The translations under genes and the position numbers were made by a program. From a bacterium (lineage in GTDB: Bacteria; Patescibacteriota; Patescibacteriia; JBAXGH01), in contig JBAXGH010000004.1 in NCBI GenBank assembly GCA_037139515.1, positions 7,514-71,513 of the forward strand: a stretch of 64,000 nt of DNA. Reading direction: 5' to 3'. The notes below the pieces were generated by a model. The model worked only from the letters and a program-made list of their open reading frames with translations. It searched no databases and was not told the origin of the DNA. Below are positions 1-7,869 of this stretch, piece after piece. Position 1 is the stretch's first letter; every line of letters starts with the position of its first letter.

Positions 1-1
1 T

Positions 2-1072
2 ACCGCTGTCGGTATCATGGCCGCGCAATCGATCGGTGAGCCTGGTACGCAGCTCACGATGAGAACCTTCCACTCCGGTGGTGTGGCTCAGAAAGATATT
101 ACCCAGGGTTTGCCGCGTGTCGAAGAATTGTTCGAAGCTCGTACGCCAAAACGTCGTGCAATCATGTCCGACGTCTCGGGTCAGGTAGTTGGCATTGAAA
201 TGCTTGAAAACCGCTCGATTGAAGATGAAAAAGGTAAGGTTTTGTTCGCTGGCGCGCCTGGTCAGAAGGCGATCAAAATCGCGTACAAGGGCGTTGAAGA
301 AGAATTCTACGCACTTGAAGAAGGTGATGATGTTCGCGTAAAAGACGGCGCCTCGGTTTCGAAGGGATCGGTAATTGCAGTTATGGCTGGGAACGAGGTG
401 CTCGCGGAGCACGGCGGTACGGCGAAAGTCGGACCGGAAGGCGTTGGCATTATCTTTGAAGGCGAAGGCACGAAAGAATACGCAATTCCGCCGGGCTACG
501 GAATCCTCGTCAAGAAAGATGACATGATTATGGCGGGCGATGCTTTGACTGATGGCCATTTGGACTTGCAGCAACTCTTCCGTCACAAAGGCAAAGACGC
601 GGTTATGCGCTACCTCTCGAAGGAAATACAGCACGTCTACGCTTCGGAAGGTGCACGCTTGAACAACAAACATATCGAAATCATGATTCGTCAGATGTTC
701 TCTCGTATGTACGTACGAGAGGCTGGCGACACGGATTTGTTGCCTGGCGAGTTGGTTGAAAAGCATCGCTTCGAACGTTCGAACGACAAGGTTGGCAAGA
801 AAGGCGAGATTGGTAAGGGCGACGAATTGTTGCTCGGTATCACCAAGGTTTCGCTTTCGACTGAGTCTTGGCTCTCGGCGGCTTCGTTCCAAGAAACCAT
901 GAAGGTTTTGGTGAACGCCGCGGTTACGGGCAAGATGGATACGCTCGAAGGTTTGAAGGAAAACGTGATTATCGGTCGCTTGATTCCGGTCGGCACCGGC
1001 TTCGATCGCAACTATCACGGACTCGGGTTCACGGAACGGGTTGAAGAGCCACCGACAGAACCGGTTGTGTAG
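2..1072 (+). CDS. rpoC: DNA-directed RNA polymerase beta' subunit, C-terminal part. The 5' end lies outside the window.
   Basis: The translation contains the conserved AAQSIGEPGTQLTMRTFHSGG block and the C-terminal region of beta'. The ORF runs in from the window edge and stops at 1072 (TAG). Confidence 0.9.
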   Translation, partial: TAVGIMAAQSIGEPGTQLTMRTFHSGGVAQKDITQGLPRVEELFEARTPKRRAIMSDVSGQVVGIEMLENRSIEDEKGKVLFAGAPGQKAIKIAYKGVEEEFYALEEGDDVRVKDGASVSKGSVIAVMAGNEVLAEHGGTAKVGPEGVGIIFEGEGTKEYAIPPGYGILVKKDDMIMAGDALTDGHLDLQQLFRHKGKDAVMRYLSKEIQHVYASEGARLNNKHIEIMIRQMFSRMYVREAGDTDLLPGELVEKHRFERSNDKVGKKGEIGKGDELLLGITKVSLSTESWLSAASFQETMKVLVNAAVTGKMDTLEGLKENVIIGRLIPVGTGFDRNYHGLGFTERVEEPPTEPVV

Positions 1073-1101
1073 ACATCAAAACAAGAACTCCCATCAGAGT
1101 C

Positions 1102-1128
1102 GTCATTCCTGCGAAGGCGGGAATCCAT
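1102..1128. repeat. Small palindromic repeat GTCATTCCTGCGAAGGCGGGAATCCAT (ATTCCC-N8-GGGAAT type), copy 1
   Basis: A perfect 8-bp stem ATTCC(T/C)GC/GCGGGAAT around a 4-nt loop. A second copy lies at 1180-1206. Confidence 0.6.
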
Positions 1129-1179
1129 CTGAGGGAGTTTTTGTTTTGCCCTATGTTGTCATCCCGTACTCTTCCGCTC

Positions 1180-1206
1180 GTCATTCCCGCGTAGGCGGGA
1201 ATCCAT
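1180..1206. repeat. Small palindromic repeat GTCATTCCCGCGTAGGCGGGAATCCAT, copy 2
   Basis: Near-identical to 1102-1128. A partial GTCATCCCG copy sits at 1158-1166. Confidence 0.6.
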
Positions 1207-1230
1207 TTTATGTCGCGAGCGCGGTTTGGC

Positions 1231-1281
1231 GACTCTCCCGGCGGACACGGGGACCATGTTAAGTGTCCGGCGGGAGAGTCG
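1231..1281. repeat. Long hairpin with ~18-bp stem arms and a 14-nt loop. Possibly the rpoC terminator or a REP-like element.
   Basis: gactctcccggcggacac and gtgtccggcgggagagtcg are reverse complements with one mismatch. There is no clear T-tract. Confidence 0.45.
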
Positions 1282-1322
1282 ACCAAAATCGCTCGCCTCG
1301 AGCCTTCTTTTCAGCCCCCTGT

Positions 1323-1347
1323 GTCATCCCGAAGCCGAGGGATCTTG
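1323..1347. repeat. Small hairpin repeat GTCATCCCGAAGCCGAGGGATCTTG. Further copies lie at 16742-16766 and 32308-32334.
   Basis: The same 25-mer recurs inverted at 16742-16766. A variant with a compensatory stem change is at 32308-32334. Confidence 0.6.
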
Positions 1348-1429
1348 AAACGTTTGGATGGCAAATGCGATGAAAGATTGTCGAGTCGGTATGTTTATGA
1401 TTATATAGATTCGAGAGGAGGCAAAACCA

Positions 1430-1867
1430 TTGAAAACGACGATTTGCGGAAGTTTCAAATTCCTGAAAGAAATTGATGAAGCGATACGTGAATGTCAGGG
1501 TTATGGAATCGAAGTTCTTTCGCCGCGTGGAACGAAAATCATCGGCGAGAATGAAGAATTCTTACTGCTCGAGGGTGATCGAAATACCGCGATAAAGCGG
1601 GTGGAGGATCGCCATCTTCGCTGCATCAAAGAATCAGATTTTGTTCTTTTAATCTGCCCAAACGGTTATTTCGGAGTATCTTGCGCCTTTGAAATCGGCG
1701 CCGCGCTTGCATCCCGGGTTCCGGTCTTTGTCATGAACGCGCCGAGTCGTTTGCTTGACGGCGATGGCCCGATTTCTTTCTGCGATAATGTCGAAGTGGT
1801 TTCCGGTATTCCGATGATTCTTGAGCGGCTCAGTGAAATCACAGAAGCCTCAACGGTGGTGCTATGA
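1430..1867 (+). CDS. Hypothetical protein, possibly a nucleoside 2-deoxyribosyltransferase-like Rossmann fold
   Basis: A 145-aa ORF. The N-terminal ICGS and the EIGAALA..PVF segment resemble the YLAGP/E.G.A motifs of nucleoside 2-deoxyribosyltransferase-like proteins. The similarity is weak and judged by eye. Confidence 0.45.
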   Translation: MKTTICGSFKFLKEIDEAIRECQGYGIEVLSPRGTKIIGENEEFLLLEGDRNTAIKRVEDRHLRCIKESDFVLLICPNGYFGVSCAFEIGAALASRVPVFVMNAPSRLLDGDGPISFCDNVEVVSGIPMILERLSEITEASTVVL

Positions 1868-1909
1868 CAGCCTCATTCAGGGCTGTTTTTTTCGAGCCGA
1901 TTCTCGAAT

Positions 1910-2176
1910 CTAAGTATTGTATATTTCATGGTCGCCGACAGCCAATAAATATGCTTCTCTCGGTTTTGATTTTGAATAGGTAAACACGATTCTAGTTTTG
2001 TAATTTACCGAAAAATTATATCGGCCTTGAAGACGACCTGATAATTTATGCACTTTTAACATCTTATTATTTTCAGCGTTCTTGAAGAGTTCAATTTTTT
2101 CAATGACTTCGGTCTGGAGATTAGGCGGTAGAGATTTAAAAAGACGTACGAAAGTCGGTAAATACAAAGCCTCCAT
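1910..2176 (-). CDS. RelE/ParE-family type II toxin
   Basis: 88 aa with KVHKLSGRLQGRYNFSVNYKTRIVF..AYLLAVGDHEIY, typical of RelE/YoeB-like mRNA interferases. It lies directly downstream of the RHH antitoxin gene. Confidence 0.8.
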   Translation of the reverse strand: MEALYLPTFVRLFKSLPPNLQTEVIEKIELFKNAENNKMLKVHKLSGRLQGRYNFSVNYKTRIVFTYSKSKPREAYLLAVGDHEIYNT

Positions 2177-2184
2177 ACTTCTTT

Positions 2185-2406
2185 TTAAGGCATGGATTTA
2201 GCAAGCTTTTTCAAATCACCACGCAACATTTTTCCGTCTTTGATCTCTTGTTCGGCACGCATGACGTCGGCCACGGCCTGATCTTCGGCGAATCTAACAA
2301 GTGCCTGGCGTACGACTTCGGCTTTATTCGGTGCGACACCGCGGCGAATCATCTCGTCGATAAAGATTTCGAGCGTGTGGGGAATCGGGACTGAAATTGT
2401 GGACAT
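2185..2406 (-). CDS. Ribbon-helix-helix (CopG/ParD-like) antitoxin
   Basis: MSTISVPIPHTLEIFIDEMIRRG..SEVVRQAL is an RHH fold. The start is chosen at the internal Met (2406), because the longer ORF would cover the operator and promoter. Confidence 0.7.
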   Translation of the reverse strand: MSTISVPIPHTLEIFIDEMIRRGVAPNKAEVVRQALVRFAEDQAVADVMRAEQEIKDGKMLRGDLKKLAKSMP

Positions 2407-2420
2407 AGTATTATATTTAA

Positions 2421-2437
2421 GTATGATAATATCATAC
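2421..2437. promoter_or_regulatory. Perfect 17-bp palindrome GTATGATAATATCATAC immediately upstream of the RHH antitoxin. Putative operator.
   Basis: The inverted repeat lies 15 bp upstream of the antitoxin start codon. RHH antitoxins usually autoregulate through such sites. Confidence 0.5.
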
Positions 2438-2468
2438 ATCTGAAGCGAGTTTTCGGCAAATACAGTGA

Positions 2469-2497
2469 TTGACATCGCTCCAAAGATAAGCTATATA
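2469..2497 (+). promoter_or_regulatory. Near-consensus sigma70-like promoter (TTGACA-17-TATATA)
   Basis: -35 TTGACA at 2469-2474, a 17-nt spacer, -10 TATATA at 2492-2497. It drives transcription toward the truncated ARH-like ORF and the repeat-rich region. Confidence 0.45.
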
Positions 2498-2536
2498 TCT
2501 CGGGTCGCAAGAGAGCGACCGGAGGAAGTCGTGCTG

Positions 2537-2782
2537 ATGAGTTTCCCGAATCCTGACATGCTTGTTTACGTTGCAATGGGCGATGCTTGTGCTCTCGGAA
2601 CTGAGTATCTTAAGTTTCCGCGTGACAGTCAGATCGAGCTTGATATCTTGCGCTTCGACCGGTACTGCTCGCATCCCTTTCACAAGAACGCGCCGGGCGG
2701 AAAAAAGGGGACTGTCCCTTTTCCCCTTAAAGGTACAGGACATACAACATTTTCGGCTGAGTGTGGCTATGAAAAGGTCTGA
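2537..2782 (+). pseudogene. Truncated ADP-ribosylglycohydrolase (ARH/DraG-like) N-terminal fragment
   Basis: GGAGGA ribosome-binding site 9 nt upstream of the ATG. VYVAMGDACALGTEYLKF matches the ARH N-terminal GDALG..EF motif. The ORF ends after 81 aa inside a palindromic repeat element, whereas full-length enzymes are ~300 aa. Confidence 0.35.
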
Positions 2783-2822
2783 CCCCTTTAGCCTTAAAAG
2801 GGACAGTCCCCTTTCATGTGGA
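2705..2822. mobile_element. MITE-like insertion bounded by 18-bp inverted repeats that carry the GGGACWGTCCC palindrome
   Basis: aaggggactgtccctttt at 2704-2721 and its reverse complement at 2796-2813 flank ~70 bp. The element truncates the ARH-like ORF. Confidence 0.4.
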
Positions 2823-2868
2823 CAAAAAAATTCCCCGGGCGCACGTGGCGACTGGGGGGTTGAGCGTT

Positions 2869-3300
2869 TCATCTTAAGGAACGAATATGATGCTCGGCCG
2901 CAGCTTGAGACTCGCCGGTCTTGCTCAAGTCCTCAAGCACGCTGCTCACCGCTTCGGCGAGCGTCCGCTTTTCTGGCGGGATGCTTGTGAGACTCGGCAG
3001 ATCCGATGCGAGTACGCGCGATCGTTCCAAAAACTCGATCATCGCAGCATCGTGTCCGGGTCCAATCCCGGAGATATGGTTGGTTGCGTTCCAGATCATG
3101 AGCTTGATCAAAGGTCGCTGCTTCAAGTCGAGCTTCTCGCTTCCTTGGAAAGCTTCTAGCGCGATTCGGAAAAAGTCTTGCAGATTACGATGAACCGCTT
3201 CCGGAAATGGTTCTGTTGGCAGTACCCCCTTTAGTAGTAGGCTGAGTCTTTCGAAGCTGAGAGTGACAGTATAGGCCCAATACTTTTCATCGTAGTTCAT
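2869..3300 (-). CDS. Hypothetical protein
   Basis: The start is set at MNYDEKYW, which is preceded by GGAGGAATAACA-ATG. No recognisable motif. Confidence 0.55.
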   Translation of the reverse strand: MNYDEKYWAYTVTLSFERLSLLLKGVLPTEPFPEAVHRNLQDFFRIALEAFQGSEKLDLKQRPLIKLMIWNATNHISGIGPGHDAAMIEFLERSRVLASDLPSLTSIPPEKRTLAEAVSSVLEDLSKTGESQAAAEHHIRSLR

Positions 3301-3393
3301 TGTTATTCCTCCTTGGAATAGCATTACACCTTTTCGGTGTTCGGTCAATACAAGAGGCGTGGTTTAAGAGAGGTCCTACTTTTACCCGTGAAA

Positions 3394-3834
3394 TTACATT
3401 TTGTAATGATAAAATCCCGTGATTTTTCGATTTTGTGCGCCGAAATTTATGTCGTGGCGAATTGGAAACCCGAATCGCGAAGAATTACTAATGGCTCGCG
3501 TTCCGCCGATAAAAAATCCGATATGAAGATGCGGTGTGACGTCATGAATGTTGCTCGGTCCCCAAACTATCACGTCACCCGGCACTGGTTTTTTAACGCG
3601 TCGAAAATTATTCGCGAGCATGTCGCGCTCTGTGCCCTCGACCGTCGTATGCAAATCCGAAATCATTTTGAAATGAAACAAAATAGAGGAAACAAAAAAC
3701 GCGCAGGATAGGCGACCGTTTTTTACGAGATCTTTTTTATGCCCATCGACTAAAGCGAAATTGTGTCGCCAAAGTTTGGCGCCGACGCTCGCCTGAACCA
3801 TCGAGATTATATTTTCACGCGTAAGAAATTTCAT
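3394..3834 (-). CDS. Hypothetical protein, possibly a papain-like Cys/His hydrolase fold
   Basis: A 146-aa ORF. The spacing of SCAFFVSSIL (Cys) and HIGFFIG (His) is reminiscent of NlpC/BtrH-type peptidases. This is weak. Confidence 0.45.
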   Translation of the reverse strand: MKFLTRENIISMVQASVGAKLWRHNFALVDGHKKDLVKNGRLSCAFFVSSILFHFKMISDLHTTVEGTERDMLANNFRRVKKPVPGDVIVWGPSNIHDVTPHLHIGFFIGGTRAISNSSRFGFPIRHDINFGAQNRKITGFYHYKM

Positions 3835-3877
3835 AGGTGTTGCACCGGTGTATCACCTGTGTTAAGCTTCAAAAACT

Positions 3878-4099
3878 ATGCCAACCACAAAGACAAGATT
3901 AGCGCTTTCGCTTGATTATGACTTGGAAAAAGCTCTCGAGCAAGTAGCTCGAAAGGCTAATGTTCCGGTTGCAACAAAAGCTCTCGAACTACTTCGGGAA
4001 GCTTTGGAGATTCAGGAAGATGTTTTGCTTGCACAGCTTGCGGAAGAACGCATGGCAGGAAAAATCAAATGGCTGAAACATGATTCGATATGGAAATAA
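3878..4099 (+). CDS. RelB/DinJ-type RHH antitoxin
   Basis: KTRLALSLDYDLEKALEQVARKANVPVATKALELLREALE. It overlaps the downstream RelE gene by 10 nt. A GGTGTATCACC palindrome lies at 3847-3857, just upstream. Confidence 0.75.
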   Translation: MPTTKTRLALSLDYDLEKALEQVARKANVPVATKALELLREALEIQEDVLLAQLAEERMAGKIKWLKHDSIWK

Positions 4100-4380
4100 G
4101 GTACCAACTGCGGTATCACGAAGCTGTGCTAGAAGCCGACATTCTGCGAATAGATAAAACAAACCGAATCAGAATAAAAATTGCCATCGAAAGCCGTCTG
4201 CAGACATTTCCGGAAAGATACGGAAAACCGCTCCGAAGTCCGCTTCAGGGTTATTGGAAACTAAGGGTTGGAGACTATCGCGTAGTCTTTATGATGGTTG
4301 GAGATGAAGTCAAAATAATCGCGATTCAGCATCGAAGTTTTGTTTATAAAAGTGAATCGGATTTAAAATCGCGAACATGA
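4090..4380 (+). CDS. RelE/ParE-family toxin
   Basis: GKPLRSPLQGYWKLRVGDYRVVF..EVKIIAIQHR is a RelE/StbE-like motif. Confidence 0.8.
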   Translation: MEIRYQLRYHEAVLEADILRIDKTNRIRIKIAIESRLQTFPERYGKPLRSPLQGYWKLRVGDYRVVFMMVGDEVKIIAIQHRSFVYKSESDLKSRT

Positions 4381-4841
4381 ACATCCTAGGCATCGATCCT
4401 GGCTTTGGTCGTCTCGGTTACGGCGCCGTGCGCGTCATTCGCGATACGCCGGAACTTATTTTGTGCGGCTGTTTGGAGACGCCGAAAGAAATGGCACATG
4501 GTGATCGCTTAGTCGCGGTGAGGCGCGAGGTTTTACGATTGCTTGATGAAATCCGTCCGGCTGCGGTCGGTGTTGAAACTTTGTTTTTCTCAAAAAATAT
4601 CAAAACGGCGATTAAAGTTGCCGAAGCGCGCGGCGTGATTTTGGAAACTTTGGCTGAACGGGGCGTGCGGATCATCGAATGTTCGCCGCAGGAAGTTAAA
4701 CTCGCCGTTACCGGTTACGGCAATGCCGAGAAGCAGCAAGTTCAGGAAATGGTGCGAATTTTTTTGAAATTAAAATCCGTGCCGAAGCCGGATGATGCCG
4801 CCGACGCACTCGCGCTCGCAATTGCGGCAAGTCGGATGTGA
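4377..4841 (+). CDS. ruvC: Crossover junction endodeoxyribonuclease RuvC
   Basis: An ILGIDPG start, an RNase H-like catalytic layout, and PDDAADALALAI at the C-terminus. Confidence 0.85.
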   Translation: MNILGIDPGFGRLGYGAVRVIRDTPELILCGCLETPKEMAHGDRLVAVRREVLRLLDEIRPAAVGVETLFFSKNIKTAIKVAEARGVILETLAERGVRIIECSPQEVKLAVTGYGNAEKQQVQEMVRIFLKLKSVPKPDDAADALALAIAASRM

Positions 4842-4874
4842 AGAATGTGACGAAATGAGGTATTCTTAAGGCGT

Positions 4875-7286
4875 ATGGCGGAAACAAAACCAAGTGATGT
4901 CAAAATAGTCGAGAATCTGGAAGGCGAGATGATTGATATTTTCGAGGCACCCAGAAAAGAATTTTCGGATGCGGCAGAAGAACTGTTTGGGCTCGAAAAA
5001 TTTACTGATGAGTTAAAAGTGGCGGAGATTTCAGTCCGCAGCAAAATCCGCGATGATGTTGGGGAAAAAGGATATGCGGAAGAACTGTCTGCTGGAACTC
5101 TAGCTAAACTGTTAGCTTTTGGAGCAAAATTATTGTCCGCTAAAGACGGTTTGAAGACCGCAAATTTGGTTCGGGTGCCGGAAGAGGGGATGAAGATCGT
5201 TGGAGTAGAGGAAGATGGCAAAAAATTTGAGCGCCTACTTACAGTTGATGAACAGGATTTTATTTTTGATTTGGAACTGAGTGCCGAGCAAGAATTGATG
5301 GCGGAAAATGTTCGCAGATTCAAAGTTTTTTTGGATGAGACATCTAAACTTTTGGAGGGCAGAGAGATGGAGGATCGCGAAAAGGAACTCCGCTTTATTG
5401 TTCGGCAACACTATAAATTGCTCGGTTTTTCCGCACAGGATGTAGATGTGCTTTTGGCCTCCGCTGGTTCGGGAATTCCCGAATTACACCCTGGTTCCAA
5501 GCCTGATGTTGATCGATTAGAAATCATGAAGCGGGTTTGGAATGAATATCTGACTCGGGCCGATAAGGGAAAGACGGCGGCTTTTGCCGGGGCGATGATG
5601 TGCATGGGCGCTTTTGAAGGTATCGCACCGAAAATCAGCCAGCAGCTTTTTGACTCGCCGGATATGCAATCGGCGGCGCTTTTCGGAGCGGCTTTTATGC
5701 TCATGCATCAGGTTACGGGGCGTTCAAAGGCGTTCATCGAGGAAAAGTATGGAATATTTATGCATGGGATTCTTGAACGATCAGGCGGTCTTTACGATCG
5801 AATTGGTCGGGCAGTCGTGAATATTCCGGGAGAGCAATTCTCTGAATCTGGCATAATGGAAAGAGGGCGTGTTTTTAGTCACGGCGAAGCGGCAATCGAT
5901 TCGACTCTGCGAGACGTTGTTCAGTCGCAGATTCCACAAATCGTAAGCCTCGGAACTACGATCGCGCTCCTGATTCAAACCGATTGGAGGTATGGTGCAG
6001 CTTCTTTGGTTTCTCTGCCGATTTCGATGTATGTTGAAAAGAGAATGCAGCGCAGAGTTGATGATGATTTGGATAGAGTTCGTGAACTGGCAAGGGCTAG
6101 TGAAGAAAGAGGCGAGAGGCTGAAAAAGGCGCATATCGAGGTGGCGCTTTCGGGAATGAGAAACATCATGTCCGATGCATATAAAGAGCTGCGTCAGACC
6201 GGGAATCGAAGGTCCGAGGCAATGACGTCTGATAGGAATAAAGACCGGATCTTGATGACGGATCTGATTGATCCTTTTTTTAAGATGTGGACGGTGGTGC
6301 TCGGAGTGGCTCTGCGGGCCGCCGGAAGCGGGGATGCCGGCAAAATTATTATGGCTCTGCAGTCGACCGAAGTTTTTAAAGGTTCAATCATGAATCTGAG
6401 CCGACAATATTCAAGATTATTTAGGTCATGTCGAGACGTGGTGGCTTTTGAGCGCGATCTTTTGATAACCGATGTGGAAGAAGCGGCGGATAAGAATCGT
6501 TTACCGGTTCAAGAAGTTCAGGAATATGCGTTTGAGTTGAAGGGCGTTGATTTTACTCAAGGCGATGCTCGGATTATAAAAAACGCCAGTTTTCAGGTAC
6601 CCGGTGGGGCGGTGGTTCGGCTTTCGGGTGAAAGCGGCCATGGAAAAACTACCTTAACTAAATTAATCACGGGATATTTTTCGCCATCAGTCGGGAGCGT
6701 GCTGCTTGACGGTCGCCCGATTGGAAATTTTAAGAAATCCGGGCCGGAATCGATTTATACGCGCTTTGCGTATCTAAATCAGATACCTTATGTGGAAGAG
6801 ACAGGGACTTTGCGAACGAATTTGATGTTTGGGAATGTTTCTAATAGTGATGATGTTTCGGAGGAAGATGAGGCTTTGATGCGCGATGTGATTGCCAGGT
6901 TGGGGCTGACTTCAAACCGTTTTTTGAAGAATGGCGTGGTTAATTTAGATGAAAGTGTGCGTGGAGTTTCTGGCGGTGAGCGCCGGCGTATCGGAATTGC
7001 GCGATTGCTTATGCGTTTGCGTAAAATGAAAGACGGCGGACTTGTGGTTTTGGATGAGCCGGCTGACGGTTTATCGGAAGATATGGAGCTTGAACTCGCA
7101 CAATTTATTCGTGAGGAAAAATTACGAAACCCAAAACTGACTTTGATTGTGGTGAGCCATCGCAGTAACTTTGTGCGTGGAATCGAGGGGGCTGAAACCG
7201 AGAATCCGCTCAATGTTCAAGAGGTGAATGTGCACATGGGAACGATAGTCGACGAGCTGCCTAAAAATCAGAAACCGGTTTTGTGA
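4875..7286 (+). CDS. Atypical ABC-type ATPase with a large N-terminal domain (~540 aa) and predicted TM segments
   Basis: The C-terminal domain has Walker A GESGHGKTT, the signature VSGGERRRIGIARLL and Walker B LVVLDEPADGLSED. The N-terminal region matches nothing I recognise. Confidence 0.7.
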   Translation: MAETKPSDVKIVENLEGEMIDIFEAPRKEFSDAAEELFGLEKFTDELKVAEISVRSKIRDDVGEKGYAEELSAGTLAKLLAFGAKLLSAKDGLKTANLVRVPEEGMKIVGVEEDGKKFERLLTVDEQDFIFDLELSAEQELMAENVRRFKVFLDETSKLLEGREMEDREKELRFIVRQHYKLLGFSAQDVDVLLASAGSGIPELHPGSKPDVDRLEIMKRVWNEYLTRADKGKTAAFAGAMMCMGAFEGIAPKISQQLFDSPDMQSAALFGAAFMLMHQVTGRSKAFIEEKYGIFMHGILERSGGLYDRIGRAVVNIPGEQFSESGIMERGRVFSHGEAAIDSTLRDVVQSQIPQIVSLGTTIALLIQTDWRYGAASLVSLPISMYVEKRMQRRVDDDLDRVRELARASEERGERLKKAHIEVALSGMRNIMSDAYKELRQTGNRRSEAMTSDRNKDRILMTDLIDPFFKMWTVVLGVALRAAGSGDAGKIIMALQSTEVFKGSIMNLSRQYSRLFRSCRDVVAFERDLLITDVEEAADKNRLPVQEVQEYAFELKGVDFTQGDARIIKNASFQVPGGAVVRLSGESGHGKTTLTKLITGYFSPSVGSVLLDGRPIGNFKKSGPESIYTRFAYLNQIPYVEETGTLRTNLMFGNVSNSDDVSEEDEALMRDVIARLGLTSNRFLKNGVVNLDESVRGVSGGERRRIGIARLLMRLRKMKDGGLVVLDEPADGLSEDMELELAQFIREEKLRNPKLTLIVVSHRSNFVRGIEGAETENPLNVQEVNVHMGTIVDELPKNQKPVL

Positions 7287-7322
7287 TTTGCTGATTTTGT
7301 CATGAATTTGACTAGTTGAGGC

Positions 7323-7351
7323 TTGACATTTTCGTAAAAAAATGGTAGATA
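7323..7351 (+). promoter_or_regulatory. Putative promoter TTGACA-17-TAGATA
   Basis: -35 at 7323-7328, -10 at 7346-7351. It lies upstream of the small ORF at 7377. Confidence 0.35.
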
Positions 7352-7376
7352 CTCCGTACTGACACTCGAGACTCGA

Positions 7377-7640
7377 GTGCAAAGGGAGGAAGCGATGAAG
7401 CAATTGGTGCAGGACCCGGTGCGGATTGCCCGCGAAACCGGCGGGTGTACGTTTGAGCCGGGGTTGGGGTGGTGGGCTTTCTCAAAGAGTCCGTTGCCCG
7501 GAGCGAAGTTGTTGCATAACAACAATCGGGCACGTTTCTTTATGCCCACCTTGACCCGCAATGGGCGCAAGATCAGCCACAAGCCGCCGCAGGATTGGAC
7601 CGGTGTTTCAGGTTTGCGCGAGGCGCGCTTTGCGGTGTGA
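7377..7640 (+). CDS. Small hypothetical protein. A second small overlapping ORF at 7595/7718-7828 is possible.
   Basis: AGGGAGGA ribosome-binding site 6 nt upstream of the ATG, and a promoter upstream. The region is higher-GC. Weak. Confidence 0.35.
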   Translation: MQREEAMKQLVQDPVRIARETGGCTFEPGLGWWAFSKSPLPGAKLLHNNNRARFFMPTLTRNGRKISHKPPQDWTGVSGLREARFAV

Positions 7641-7838
7641 CCAGTGCTAAGGGTCTCTGGATTCTCGCAACAGGGGCGGTACAGGTTGAAGACATCCTGA
7701 TTTATGAAGTTGAGGGGATGCCGGACAAGCTCGAGGATCACTTGTCCTCACTCGCTCTGCGGGTGAAAGAAACCTGCGATCAAGAATGCGTGGCGTTCGA
7801 GATCGGAAACGAATTGCGCTTTGTGTGATTTTTGGTGA

Positions 7839-7869
7839 GCGCCGAGACGAAGTTGTCTCGGCGTTTTAT
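7839..7869. terminator. Bidirectional intrinsic terminator
   Basis: gcgccgagacgaagttgtctcggcg hairpin followed by TTTTAT. It sits between convergent genes. Confidence 0.6.

Noticed and set aside
7268-7741. Minus-strand 157-aa ORF across the 7287-7865 intergenic/higher-GC region
   Set aside because: No ribosome-binding site and Cys/Arg-rich odd composition. The plus-strand small ORFs have a promoter and ribosome-binding site, although they are themselves weak.
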